From Dehalococcoidia bacterium (GTDB lineage Bacteria; Chloroflexota; Dehalococcoidia; Lucifugimonadales; Australimonadaceae): a DNA stretch of 64,000 nucleotides. Position 1 is the stretch's first letter. Each line of letters begins with the position of its first letter. Position numbers and translations under genes: made by a program. Of the stretch, positions 37,541 through 47,479 are shown in pieces. The stretch spans positions 2,709,202-2,773,201 of the forward strand of contig OZ252088.1 of the NCBI GenBank assembly GCA_965248065.1. The letters run 5' to 3'. Below the pieces are notes generated by a model, which saw only the letters and a list, made by a program, of their open reading frames with translations, was not told the DNA's origin and did not search any database.

Positions 37541-38941
37541 TTAGAGCCCGTAGGTCTCCAGGAAGCGCAGCCAGATCTCGCTGAGGGTGGGGAATGACGG
37601 CGTAGCGTGCCAGAGTCGGTCCAGCGTCACCTCGCCAACGATGGCGATGGTGGCCGCGTGGGTGAGCTCGCCCACGCCCGGCCCCACGAACGTCGCGCCC
37701 ACCAGCACCCGGCGGTCCTCGTCGACGACGAACTTCACGCCGCCCTTGAACCCTTCGCCAAGCAGCGGCGCGGCTGCGACGCCCCATCCCATCTCGACCA
37801 CGCGAACATTTAGCCCCTTGTTGCGCGCCGCCCGCTCCGTCAACCCCACGCTCCCCACCTGCGGGTCCGTGAATACGACGGCGGGCACGGCGCCGTTGTC
37901 CGCCCATGCCGACGCATCCTTGCCGAGGATGTGGTCGCCCGCTTGGCGCGCCTGGTACTTGCCCTGATGCGTGAGCAGCGCCCGGCCGTTCACGTCGCCC
38001 ACCGCGTATAGCCAACCCCCCTCCACGCCCTCGACCTGCAGGTGATCGTTGACCGAGACGAAACGGCCCGCCGTTACGCCGACGGTGTCGAGGCCGACGC
38101 CATCCACGACGCCTGTCCTGCCCGCCGCCACGACGATCTCCTCCGCCGAGATCTCTTCGCCGTTGTCCATCGTCGCCTTCACGCCTGCTTCCGTGCGCTC
38201 CACTGACGCCACCACGCAGCCGAGGCGGAACACGACTCCCTGCTCTTCGAGCGACGAGATAACCGCCTCCATCGCGAACGGCTCCATCGTGGCCGAGTCC
38301 TGGGGCTGCAGCCGTTCCAGCACCGTCACGCTGCCCGTCCCGAGCGACTTCCACGCCTGCGCCATCTCGAGGCCCACAACGCCGCCGCCGATGATGATCA
38401 AGCTCTCGGGCGCGCTCTGCGCGGACGTGATTTCGCGGCTCGTCCACGGCTTGGCCTCCGCCAGCCCCGGAATCGGCGGAACGAACGCGACCGACCCCGT
38501 CGCCAGGACGACGGCCTTCCGCGCCTCGATCTCGACCTCCGCGCCGTCGGCCTGCTCGACCACCACGCGCCTCTCGCCCGTCAGCCGGCCCTTCCCGCGG
38601 ACGAGGGCAGCGCCCACCGAATCGACCCATGCCGCCTGATGCCTGTCGTCCCATCTGCTGGCGAAGGCGTCGCGGGCCCGCAGCGCGCGGGCGACGTCCA
38701 CCGTTCCCGTCACGGCGTCGCGCGCCGCCGGAACGCGCCGCGCCGCGGCGAGCGCCTCGGCTGGCCTCAGCAGCGCCTTGCTGGGCATACAAGCCCAGTA
38801 GGTGCACTCCCCGCCCACCAGCTCGGACTCCACGATGACGGTGCTGAGGCCGCCAGGCGACGTTCGCCCCGCCACGTTCTCGCCCGCCGAACCGCCGCCG
38901 ATAATGATTACGTCGTAGGTCTCGGTCATGTTCGTCCCCAC
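37541..38941 (-). CDS. Pyridine nucleotide-disulfide oxidoreductase (LpdA/MerA-like class I)
   Basis: IIGGGSAG, GGECTYWACMPSK redox motif, YAVGD, FTDPQVGSVG. Confidence 0.9.
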   Translation of the reverse strand: MGTNMTETYDVIIIGGGSAGENVAGRTSPGGLSTVIVESELVGGECTYWACMPSKALLRPAEALAAARRVPAARDAVTGTVDVARALRARDAFASRWDDRHQAAWVDSVGAALVRGKGRLTGERRVVVEQADGAEVEIEARKAVVLATGSVAFVPPIPGLAEAKPWTSREITSAQSAPESLIIIGGGVVGLEMAQAWKSLGTGSVTVLERLQPQDSATMEPFAMEAVISSLEEQGVVFRLGCVVASVERTEAGVKATMDNGEEISAEEIVVAAGRTGVVDGVGLDTVGVTAGRFVSVNDHLQVEGVEGGWLYAVGDVNGRALLTHQGKYQARQAGDHILGKDASAWADNGAVPAVVFTDPQVGSVGLTERAARNKGLNVRVVEMGWGVAAAPLLGEGFKGGVKFVVDEDRRVLVGATFVGPGVGELTHAATIAIVGEVTLDRLWHATPSFPTLSEIWLRFLETYGL

Positions 38942-39406
38942 GTTCCTAGGTTGATTGAGTCTTAGGTTACCGGCATTGTTCGGAATAGGAGGAGCCGCAG
39001 CGCTCCCGCCCCATCGCGCCCCTCGTCTGCACAGACGGGAGAGGAGGCCGGATGGTCTCTGCGGCGCCTAATGGGGCGCGCCCCCTGTTTTATGACGGTA
39101 AAACACCTTCTTGATGGGAGTTTTTACTCGTAAAGGCGAAGCGCATATGCCGCCGAAAGGGGGGTCTTCACCTTCTTGATCGGGGCTGTTTAGCAGGCCA
39201 CGGCCTGCTTCCTGCGATCAAGAATGCGATTGAAACGCGAAAACACACATTCGTCGAGGGGCCCTTCTCCTCTGGGGCATGGCCTCTGGGGCATGGCCCC
39301 AAGGGCCTCGCCGGAGGTCCAAATCCATGGTAGCTGCCCGGAGGCAGTTGGAGTAAGGGGCTGATGTCCGGGGTACGTCCCCGGTATCCCTGCGTTACGA
39401 GGCTAG

Positions 39407-40933
39407 TTACTCAGTCTCTGCCGCTTCTGCCTGATGCATCTCCATCTCCAAGGGCACTCGCAGAAGGCGGTCCTTCAGAATCTTGATGGTGTCCGGATCC
39501 AGGTTCGAAGCTTGGTGGCGCGCCTGCCATTCCGCTATCGCATCGTATGTGCAGTGGCGTAAGTAATTCAGGACGCCTTCGCTCCCCTGTAGCTGACTCC
39601 AGTGAGGATGTTGAGTATTTATAGTAACCATGACTCTGTGGTCAGCGGTGGAGTCCACGGCGACGTAAGGATCACTGAGAGAACCGTCGCCCACAAGGTA
39701 GCCAACTATCTCAAACTGGCCTGCCTGGGCCTGGAACGTCGGGGTCCGTCCATCCATCGCTTGGGTAAGGCTTACGAAAGCTTGCGCTACGGCCTGTGGG
39801 GGCGGAACAATCTGAAGTGACACCGTATCCGCAAATTCCGGTGAACTCAGCTCATTCACTAGCTCGTCAATGGCTGTTCGCGTTTCAATGTCACTGGGTC
39901 CGCGATTATCGTCATCTCTCCTGCGCGCTCGGCGGGCGACGGCCGCGTAGTCACTACATGCCGCGCTCAAGTGTTCCTGAATTTCTTCCTCCTCATCCCC
40001 AAGCCAGAGAATGTCGTCCTTGGTATGGCTAACGTCGAACTCATCTAAGTGAATCTCACCTATCAGGCGTTGATTGATTAGGTCATTGGAGCCTTGGAAT
40101 TGCCCATATAAAGCTTCGGGGCGCCAGCTGTCAGGCCAACCACGGATGACACGGCCTGCATGCAGTATGGAAAACCCAGCACTCGATCGACTCCCTCGGT
40201 CTAAAATCCCAACCCAACCATGGACTGATTTCCCGTGAATCGTGAAGGCGAAATCTTTTCGGTAGCGCGAACCATCAGGAGCAGCTAAGAACTGGAACTC
40301 TGAGTCATCCCATTCAAGGGCTGTCCCCTGCCACTCAAGAGTAATTAGGTCATTTCGAAGATCTTGTCGGTACATAGATCGGAGAAATTGCTGAATCTTG
40401 CCTAGGGTTCGCCCTTGGAAAACTCTATTATGACTGTTTACCTCAATTACGGTATAGTGGAGATCGATCGGTTTATTGCTGGCCTCTGAGTGCGGCAAGT
40501 TACCGGTACCGGATGCAATAGCATTGACATCGACTGTAACTTTGTGTTCAGTAGTTTCACCTAATTTCTTCGTCCTAATAGTCCATATATTGCCTATCCA
40601 ACATGCTGAAGTTTTCATTCCCATGCCGAATTGAGAGCGCCCTGTAGTATTCTCAGGAGGGAATCCAACCTTGAGAGCATTCGTGAGTTCGTTATACGAC
40701 ATTCCCATAGCATTATCCGAGACTCGGAGCATCCCGCCATCATTCCTATCGTAGACGATGCCTATCGTAAGACGTTCATTGGCAGAGTTCAAGGCAGCGT
40801 CAAGCACACCCCGGTTGTCGAAGTATGACTGCGTCGCATTATCAACCAGCTCTGCAATTGCGTGCCATGGCGTATACGAAAGGCGCTTGTAGGACTGGAT
40901 AACCTCTAAGCCTAACTGCAACTGTATTGTCAT
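39407..40933 (-). CDS. MORC/GHKL-family ATPase
   Basis: AIAELVDNA, VSDNAMGM, SQFGMGMKTSA, HYTVIEV Bergerat motifs, followed by an S5-like domain. Confidence 0.88.
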   Translation of the reverse strand: MTIQLQLGLEVIQSYKRLSYTPWHAIAELVDNATQSYFDNRGVLDAALNSANERLTIGIVYDRNDGGMLRVSDNAMGMSYNELTNALKVGFPPENTTGRSQFGMGMKTSACWIGNIWTIRTKKLGETTEHKVTVDVNAIASGTGNLPHSEASNKPIDLHYTVIEVNSHNRVFQGRTLGKIQQFLRSMYRQDLRNDLITLEWQGTALEWDDSEFQFLAAPDGSRYRKDFAFTIHGKSVHGWVGILDRGSRSSAGFSILHAGRVIRGWPDSWRPEALYGQFQGSNDLINQRLIGEIHLDEFDVSHTKDDILWLGDEEEEIQEHLSAACSDYAAVARRARRRDDDNRGPSDIETRTAIDELVNELSSPEFADTVSLQIVPPPQAVAQAFVSLTQAMDGRTPTFQAQAGQFEIVGYLVGDGSLSDPYVAVDSTADHRVMVTINTQHPHWSQLQGSEGVLNYLRHCTYDAIAEWQARHQASNLDPDTIKILKDRLLRVPLEMEMHQAEAAETE

Positions 40934-40957
40934 GCGAGATCTCCTATTCGACCTTCA

Positions 40958-41746
40958 CTACCGTACTTCTTCAAAATAGAACTTCCCTTCATCGTCGCGC
41001 ATTATTCGGTAGTCTTGGCCGACTTTGAGGGGGTTGCGCTTTATGGGGCTAAGCCATACCTGATCGGATACATCGGTGCGTTCCCATTCCGTGAGTCCAT
41101 CTCGAAAAGCTATAGCAACTCGCTGTCCATGTGCTACGTCTAGCGCAGCTGGAGAGTCGACTTGAAGTAGGCGAGGAATCGTACGGTCGAGGCGACACGA
41201 AGATACTAGATGTTCCGCACTGATTGCGGGATCATCGCCGTTGATACGGAAAGCGTGATGGTTTCTGAAAGAGCGAAATACCTCAACGACCGTCACGAGC
41301 CCATTCAATAGCCGTATAGGCTCAACCCAGCTAAGCATAGTCTGGTTCACTACAACCAGAACTCTCGGCTGAGCCCCTTTAATCATATCACGTATCAGTG
41401 CTGAGTCGATCGCTGCCGATGACGAGTGCGTAGCAATGTACTCTGCATGCTCGGATCCATACCTGCCCTCAGCGAACACCTCTACTTGAGGAAGAACGTG
41501 TCCAGCAAGTGAGTGATGCGCCATCTCAATTTCTACTATCCACCAATGACGGTATCGTTTGTCGATGAGAACGAGATCGGGGATTTTGACTCCTGCCTCG
41601 GACTCGACACGAGCTCTGAATGGGATAGTATGATACTCAGGAAACAGCAAAGCTGCATGGCTAACGACAATCGATTCAAAATCTGACTCATATTGCGCCT
41701 CTGACGACAAGGGCTCAAACCATTCATTATTAATCAGCAGTCGCAA
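40958..41746 (-). CDS. Hypothetical protein with NucS-like PD-(D/E)XK nuclease motif
   Basis: ESDFE...PDLVLID...WWIVEIEM. TTG start chosen 2 nt after the helicase stop. Confidence 0.65.
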   Translation of the reverse strand: MRLLINNEWFEPLSSEAQYESDFESIVVSHAALLFPEYHTIPFRARVESEAGVKIPDLVLIDKRYRHWWIVEIEMAHHSLAGHVLPQVEVFAEGRYGSEHAEYIATHSSSAAIDSALIRDMIKGAQPRVLVVVNQTMLSWVEPIRLLNGLVTVVEVFRSFRNHHAFRINGDDPAISAEHLVSSCRLDRTIPRLLQVDSPAALDVAHGQRVAIAFRDGLTEWERTDVSDQVWLSPIKRNPLKVGQDYRIMRDDEGKFYFEEVR

Positions 41747-41748
41747 GT

Positions 41749-42966
41749 CTATACACCATACGTCGAGCGCATCCAAGTAATCTCGCCCGCTCCTATCAAG
41801 TCTCGTGCTTCCTCAATCAACCGCTCTTGCTCAGGTGCGGTTAAATAGATCGTATAAATAGTGGCTCGTTCCTTATTGACCGCGGGTCTCAGTGCGCGCC
41901 CTAGCCGTTGAATCCGTTGGCGAACGCTTGCCGTGGAGGATACAATAATCGCGACACTAGTCTCTGGAATATTCACTCCTTCATCAAGTGCTCTGCATGT
42001 AACCAAAATATTGAACACTCCCGTCCGGTACAGCCGCAGGTTATCACGCCTCAGTTCCGGACGAAGGCGCGAGTGATAGAGTGTAGCATTCAAGCCTCTT
42101 GCAGTGAGCACCGTCTGTATGGCTTCCGCCCATTGGATGCTTTCGTGGAACACCAGCACTCGGGCGTTGCGATTGTCTTCGATTAGCCGAATAGCAACTG
42201 GTATTCGGCGTTCTGAAGTAGCTGCGATTCTAGCGCGATTTTGAAGTTTACGAACCAGCACCGGGCTATTCACCGAGTCGCCATCAAGCCTTCGGAGGGT
42301 TTTTGCGATGTCAAGCGTAGCCTGATCGTACCGGCTCTGCTCCTCAACCGTCATCTCTGCTGCGACATTGATGAGGTCAAACGGAACAATCACGCCATCG
42401 GCCAGTGCGCTTCGGTAATCGTAGCGATAAATGAGAGGCCCCAGCGATGGCACTAGAACTTCATCAAACAAGTTGTCGTACTGCCGTTCCGGTGTCGCTG
42501 AGATGCCCAGCGTCGCTGTATGTGAGCCTCGGAGTGCTGCTGCGTTGGCCTCGCTAGCAGTCCGGTGGCACTCATCCACGATAAGCATCGTTTTATACAT
42601 GCCTGCAATCTTCGGAGCATATGTGCGGGCTGTGTTGGCAACCATGAGGTTTACGACGGCTGGCTCAGCCGGACGCCCTTCGCCTGAGTAGGTAGCAATG
42701 GATTCGGCTGGCACTGCGAAATCTTCGCGCAAGCTGATGTACCACTGGTCAAGGAGCACTGTCGTTGGAACGATAATAACGAACCGTCCATCCGCGTACA
42801 ACTTTCGAAAATGGCTCATGCACATCTGCGCGAACGTAGTCTTGCCAGCGCCTGTGACCACTGAAGCAATGCCCCGAAGCGCCTCGATCCAGGTAACGAG
42901 GGCTTCCGATTGCCATCGCCGTGGAAGCTGAGCAACGGTCCATGAAGGAATGGGAGCGTGCGTCAC
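41749..42966 (-). CDS. SF2 helicase (ResIII/XPB-like)
   Basis: TGAGKT, DECH, GISATP, LDEGVNIP, QRLGRALR. Confidence 0.92.
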   Translation of the reverse strand: MTHAPIPSWTVAQLPRRWQSEALVTWIEALRGIASVVTGAGKTTFAQMCMSHFRKLYADGRFVIIVPTTVLLDQWYISLREDFAVPAESIATYSGEGRPAEPAVVNLMVANTARTYAPKIAGMYKTMLIVDECHRTASEANAAALRGSHTATLGISATPERQYDNLFDEVLVPSLGPLIYRYDYRSALADGVIVPFDLINVAAEMTVEEQSRYDQATLDIAKTLRRLDGDSVNSPVLVRKLQNRARIAATSERRIPVAIRLIEDNRNARVLVFHESIQWAEAIQTVLTARGLNATLYHSRLRPELRRDNLRLYRTGVFNILVTCRALDEGVNIPETSVAIIVSSTASVRQRIQRLGRALRPAVNKERATIYTIYLTAPEQERLIEEARDLIGAGEITWMRSTYGV

Positions 42967-43976
42967 TTAGCACTTTTCCCCTTGAGTTTAGGGAATCGAC
43001 TCATTGAAGCTTTAGCATAGTGCTCCACCGGCTCGATTGATAGCCACCGCCGGCCTAACGACTCAGCAGCGGCACCAGTGACATTGCTCCCCGCAAATGG
43101 GTCGATTACCAGGTCTCCCGGCTCGGTCAGGAACTCAATAAAGAACCTAGCTAGCAGGAAGGGCATCCTTGCGGGATGCGAAGGGATACCTCTGTCCCTG
43201 CAATATTGCTGATAAGGATCGTTCGCCTGAGTATTCGAGACGGTGATTACATTTGAGGGGATGGCCCCACCATTGTCTTTGAGGAATGATTTCTTACCAA
43301 TGGCGTGTTCCGAAGGGCGCTTACCGGCATTGTACCGCTTGGTTTTCAGTAGGTTCAGCATCGCTGCGCTATAAGGTGATAAGACTCGACGGTTGTCTGC
43401 TTTTGGCCGTTCTGTAGGAGACATCCACCATACATGAGTAAAGGCATCCTTCACACGAATCCGCTCTACATTCACCCATTGCGCTGGGGAGGGCAGCCGT
43501 GCCGGGTTAGGACAGACAAATTGCTGACACAAGAAGAGTTCCCCCTGCTTAATGAACTTAAGGAGCGCCTCTAGCGCCAAGGTCGACATCACCGGTTGGC
43601 CAGGCTCCCATGCATTGCCTAACTCTAGGACAATCGAACCCTCCGGTTGCAAGTATCTCTTGAATCGCGTGGCGAAATCGGCTAACCAGTCAACATACGC
43701 ATCGCCGACAAGGTTGCCGTAAGCCTTCTTCCGGTTGAGAGGGAACGGCGGGGAAGTAAAGATAAGCTGAGCCGAGGAGAGGTACTCCTCAAAATACGGG
43801 CCGTCGAGTGCGCGCTCAGCAGTCGCAATGAACATCTTGCCGAGTTCAGTCGAGTACGCCCTCCGAGGACGCGCTTGCCGCCTTGTAAGCGGTCGAGCTT
43901 GGGTTCGTGCCACCAGCGGCCTACTTTCCGTAGGTGTTTGGCGGGTAGCATCGACGAGAGTGAATACCGGCGTCAA
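42963..43976 (-). CDS. M.PvuII-like beta-class DNA methyltransferase (probably m4C)
   Basis: FTSPPF, NPARLPSPAQWVN, RVKDA, DNGGAIPSN, HPARMP and DPFAGSNVTG parallel M.PvuII motifs as I recall them. ATGA overlap with the helicase. Confidence 0.9.
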   Translation of the reverse strand: MTPVFTLVDATRQTPTESRPLVARTQARPLTRRQARPRRAYSTELGKMFIATAERALDGPYFEEYLSSAQLIFTSPPFPLNRKKAYGNLVGDAYVDWLADFATRFKRYLQPEGSIVLELGNAWEPGQPVMSTLALEALLKFIKQGELFLCQQFVCPNPARLPSPAQWVNVERIRVKDAFTHVWWMSPTERPKADNRRVLSPYSAAMLNLLKTKRYNAGKRPSEHAIGKKSFLKDNGGAIPSNVITVSNTQANDPYQQYCRDRGIPSHPARMPFLLARFFIEFLTEPGDLVIDPFAGSNVTGAAAESLGRRWLSIEPVEHYAKASMSRFPKLKGKSAK

Positions 43977-44003
43977 CTTAGCTCTGTCCCGTGAAGGGCG
44001 CTA

Positions 44004-44525
44004 CTACCGGGGGTGGCCCTTGTAGATGGCGACGGGGAGGCGGGACCAGCGGAGGTGCTCGATGAGCAGGGTCTCGCCGGGCTCGAATTGTTGGTAGGTC
44101 GCGAGGTCAATGGGGAAGCGCACTCGCCCGAGCGTGGTTACGTACGGCTTCGGCGGGAGGGGGTTGTAGGGGCTGCGGCGGACGATGGGGCCGAGTCTGC
44201 CCGGCACGAACCCATGCCGCGTGTACAGCTCGAATCCTCCCAGCAGCGAGCGAGTGAAGAACAGCACCGCGACCATCAGGAAGATGCTGGACACCTGGAA
44301 GCCTTGCACCTGAACGCCCAACAGCTGGGAGACGGCGAGAAGCGCGACGCTGGCTAGGGCGATGACCAGGTTGCGCGTCGTGGGGCGCAGCAGCGCGCGG
44401 CGCTCGGACGCCCACGCCAGCCGGAACTGCACGCCGCAGTGAACACATGTGGCGTCGCGGGTGAGGTAGAGATGCCGGCAATCGCCGGACTCGTCGGTCT
44501 GTTTCGGCGGGATGGGTCTATTCAT
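44004..44525 (-). CDS. Hypothetical membrane protein with N-terminal Cys motif
   Basis: CRH...CVHC, two TM helices, ATGA overlap with the upstream C26 gene. Confidence 0.7.
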   Translation of the reverse strand: MNRPIPPKQTDESGDCRHLYLTRDATCVHCGVQFRLAWASERRALLRPTTRNLVIALASVALLAVSQLLGVQVQGFQVSSIFLMVAVLFFTRSLLGGFELYTRHGFVPGRLGPIVRRSPYNPLPPKPYVTTLGRVRFPIDLATYQQFEPGETLLIEHLRWSRLPVAIYKGHPR

Positions 44526-45229
44526 GCGGGCATCTCTCCAGCCTCGTACCGTTCGGCCCATCCTATGAGCCAGTCGAACAGCTTGAGGAAGCTCTTGGGG
44601 ACCTCGCGCTCGCGCTCGGGGTGGCATTGAACGCCGATCAGCCAGGGGTGCTCCGGGCTCTCGACGGCCTCGATTATCCCGTCGTCGGGGCTGTAGGCGC
44701 AGGCCATGAGGCCCGGGGCGCGCTGCGCTTCCTTGAAGCCCTGGTGATGGCGGCTGTTGGCGCGGTAGATGGCGCCCGCGCCGATGATGGCGCCGAGCCG
44801 GCTCCCCGGCGAGACGTAGACGGGGTGCATCGCCGACGTTTCGCTCGGAGGGGGGTAGCCGATGGTGTGGCCCGGCAGGTCTTGAATCAGCTTTCCGCCC
44901 ATGGCGACGTTGATGAGCTGCATGCCCCGGCATATGCCGAAGGTGGGCATGTCGCGCTCGACGGCGCAGTGGAGCAGGGCCGTCTCCATCGCGTCGCGCT
45001 CCGGGTAGGTCTGCCCGGCGCCGCCTGGTTGCGGCTGCTCGCCGTACAGGCTGGGTTGGATGTCGTAGCCGCCGGCGAGGAGGAGGCCGGAGACGCCGTC
45101 GAGGGCGTCGTCGATGGTGGTGTAGGTCTTGGGCGTGAGGACGCGGACCTCGCCGCCCCTGGAGGTGATGGAGGCCGCGTAGGGCTCCGCCTCACGGGGG
45201 CCGGTGGCTGTCACTGCGATGAGGGGCAC
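44522..45229 (-). CDS. Gamma-glutamyl-gamma-aminobutyrate hydrolase family (peptidase C26)
   Basis: GLLLAGGYDI, GICRGMQLINVAMGG, NSRHHQ, GVQCHPE. Confidence 0.92.
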   Translation of the reverse strand: MPLIAVTATGPREAEPYAASITSRGGEVRVLTPKTYTTIDDALDGVSGLLLAGGYDIQPSLYGEQPQPGGAGQTYPERDAMETALLHCAVERDMPTFGICRGMQLINVAMGGKLIQDLPGHTIGYPPPSETSAMHPVYVSPGSRLGAIIGAGAIYRANSRHHQGFKEAQRAPGLMACAYSPDDGIIEAVESPEHPWLIGVQCHPEREREVPKSFLKLFDWLIGWAERYEAGEMPA

Positions 45230-45239
45230 GGCCCCGCGC

Positions 45240-46229
45240 CTATGCCGCGCCGACGGCCAAGCTCATCGCCGCCATGTCGACGTTTGCGTCGAGCAGCTCG
45301 GCGGCGCGCCGGGCCTTGTCCGGGTGATGGACCGTGACCGCCGCGCTCAGCGATTCCAGCGCGGCGGCGGCCTCGTGGGTGTTCTGCGGCACGGCGATGA
45401 GAGGCGCGTCGAGGTCGTCGGCGCGCTGGTAGACGTACTGGGAGGGGGTGTCGCAACCGGTGAGGATGAGGGCGCTGAGAGGGAAGTTGAGGGCGGACAT
45501 CTGGATGTCGATGCGCCCGGCGCGGACGATGACGGCCTGGTTGGGGAGGCGGCCGAAGTAGTTGCCGCCCCACTCGGCAATCAGGCCGCCGATGAGGAAG
45601 TGCTCGATGAGCGCGCCGGCCGCGTCGGGAGCGGTGAAGTAGACGCCGCCCAGGCAATCGACGACCTGCTGCACGGTCGGCGCCAGCAGCAGCCGGTCCT
45701 CGGGCAGCGCGCCGAACGCGGGGACGCCATCCCCCGCGAGCTCCGGGAGGAGGCGGGCTTCGGCGTCGTGCTCGGCATAGAGGGTGCGCTTGTTCACGAG
45801 GAGGCCGGCGAGCCGCGAGCCAAAGGCGCTTCGCCAAGCGTCGGCGGTCTCGCCGCCGAGCGAGCGAGCGTAGGGGATGACGCCGACGACGCGGGCGTCG
45901 AGTCCCTCGGCAAGGGCCGGTGACGATCTGATGTCCAACGGAAAACCCTCGACGACGACGATGTCCGAGGACTCGTCCAAGGCCTGGACGAGCCGTCCGA
46001 CTCCACCTTGTTCTCCGAGGAGGTCAACTGCGCGGAAGCCGTCAATGAGCACCTTGTCTGCTCCGCCGCCCAGTTCCGCGAAGAAAGCGGAGTCAGCGTC
46101 GCCGCGCGTCGGTATGGACTTGACCAGGGAGACCCGCTTGCCGGCGGACCGCCAGGAAGCAGCCAACCCAGCCGCCACCGCCGTGACGCCTGAGCCGGAA
46201 GTCTGACCTGCAAGATAAACGATGCTCAT
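45240..46229 (-). CDS. BioD-like/DRTGG-domain protein (Pta N-terminal-like)
   Basis: Degenerate P-loop N-terminus, GRIDIQ DRTGG-like motif, LILTGC. Confidence 0.8.
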   Translation of the reverse strand: MSIVYLAGQTSGSGVTAVAAGLAASWRSAGKRVSLVKSIPTRGDADSAFFAELGGGADKVLIDGFRAVDLLGEQGGVGRLVQALDESSDIVVVEGFPLDIRSSPALAEGLDARVVGVIPYARSLGGETADAWRSAFGSRLAGLLVNKRTLYAEHDAEARLLPELAGDGVPAFGALPEDRLLLAPTVQQVVDCLGGVYFTAPDAAGALIEHFLIGGLIAEWGGNYFGRLPNQAVIVRAGRIDIQMSALNFPLSALILTGCDTPSQYVYQRADDLDAPLIAVPQNTHEAAAALESLSAAVTVHHPDKARRAAELLDANVDMAAMSLAVGAA

Positions 46230-46514
46230 CTAGTCCCGTGGCTCCGTCAATGGGAGGGTTGCGGGATTATAGCAGCCCCCTCCGTCATACCCCGCAGCCG
46301 AGGCCTTGCGTAACCCCGCGTTGGGGCGGAGGGAGCGACGGGGAGGGGCTTGGCATGACGAGTCCTCGTCATTCTCGCGAACGCGGGAATCCAGGGTGGC
46401 CGACAGGCCACATCCGGAGCGTCGGCAGGGGGAGGGCGACCGATACCTAGGTTCCCGCTTTCGCGGGAATGACGGGTGAGGACCGCGCCGCTGTCGCGCC
46501 GCTACGAGGTTCCC

Positions 46515-47397
46515 TGAATCCACAAACGAAGTGCAACACCAGATTAGGGTGTTGCCATGGAATACAGACAGCTCTGCATTGAGGAACGGTGTGAGATTGC
46601 CCGCTTACGCGCCAAGGGCTCCTCGGTCCGGCAAGTCGCTACAACTCTGGATCGCGCGGCATCGACCGTGGCTCGGGAGCTGAAGCGGAACGCGCTGCGA
46701 ACGGACGGGTACCAAGCGTCGCCGGCCCAGGAGCGTGCCCGCGCGCGGCGCTGGACGGGGGCGCGGCTGGAACGGGACGAGGAGTTGCGGGAGCGGGTCT
46801 TGGCGGGCCTGAAGTGGGGGTGGTCGCCGGAGCAGGTCGCCCATGAGATGCGCAGAGAGGAGGGCCGGACGGTGACCTCGGACGAGAGCATCTACCGGTT
46901 CGTCTACGCCCAGGCCGCGCGGCGGACCTTCGGGCACTGGGAGGCGGACACGATGCAGTTCGGGAGGTCGGGAGAGGTGGTGTTGGCCCTGCAGGAACGC
47001 TCCTCGCGCCTCTTGCTCCTCGCGCGGGCGCCGTCGAAGGAGGCGGGGCCGATCGCGGAGTCCATCGCCCGGATGCTGGGGCCGTTGCCGCCGGAGTTTC
47101 GCCAGACGGTGACCTTCGACAATGGGACCGAGTTCACCCGTCACTACGAGCTCCACCGGTTGGGCATCGAGACGTTCTTCTGCGACACGTACTCGCCGTG
47201 GCAGAAGGGGGGAGTGGAGAACGCGATCGGCCGGCTGCGGCGGTTCCTGCCGCGGGGGACGAATCTGGGGGAGGTGTCGGATGAGCGGTTTGCGCTGATC
47301 GGGCAGGCGTACAACAATACGCCGCGCAAGTGCCTGGGCTACCGGACACCGGCGGGGGTCGTCGAGGAGCAGGTGTTGCACTTCAAATGTGGATTCA
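46515..47397 (+). mobile_element. IS30-family element, copy A (141-bp in-frame deletion in transposase 46557-47420)
   Basis: 26-bp IRs (TGAATCCACAAACGAAGTGCAACACC; 23/26 match). GHWEADT, TFDNGTEF, SPWQKGGVEN and NNTPRKCLGY motifs. Confidence 0.92.
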
Positions 47398-47479
47398 CCT
47401 TCCCGCCTTCGCGGGAATGACGGAAGGGGGCGGCCTGTATAATCGCTGTCCGGTAGGAGACGGCGAGGCAGGCGTGGTT

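Noticed and set aside
39407-43976. Naming the island BREX, DISARM, Dnd or classical type III R-M
   Set aside because: No PglZ/BrxC, DUF1998/PLD or DndCDE genes, and the MTase is PvuII-like rather than Mod-like.
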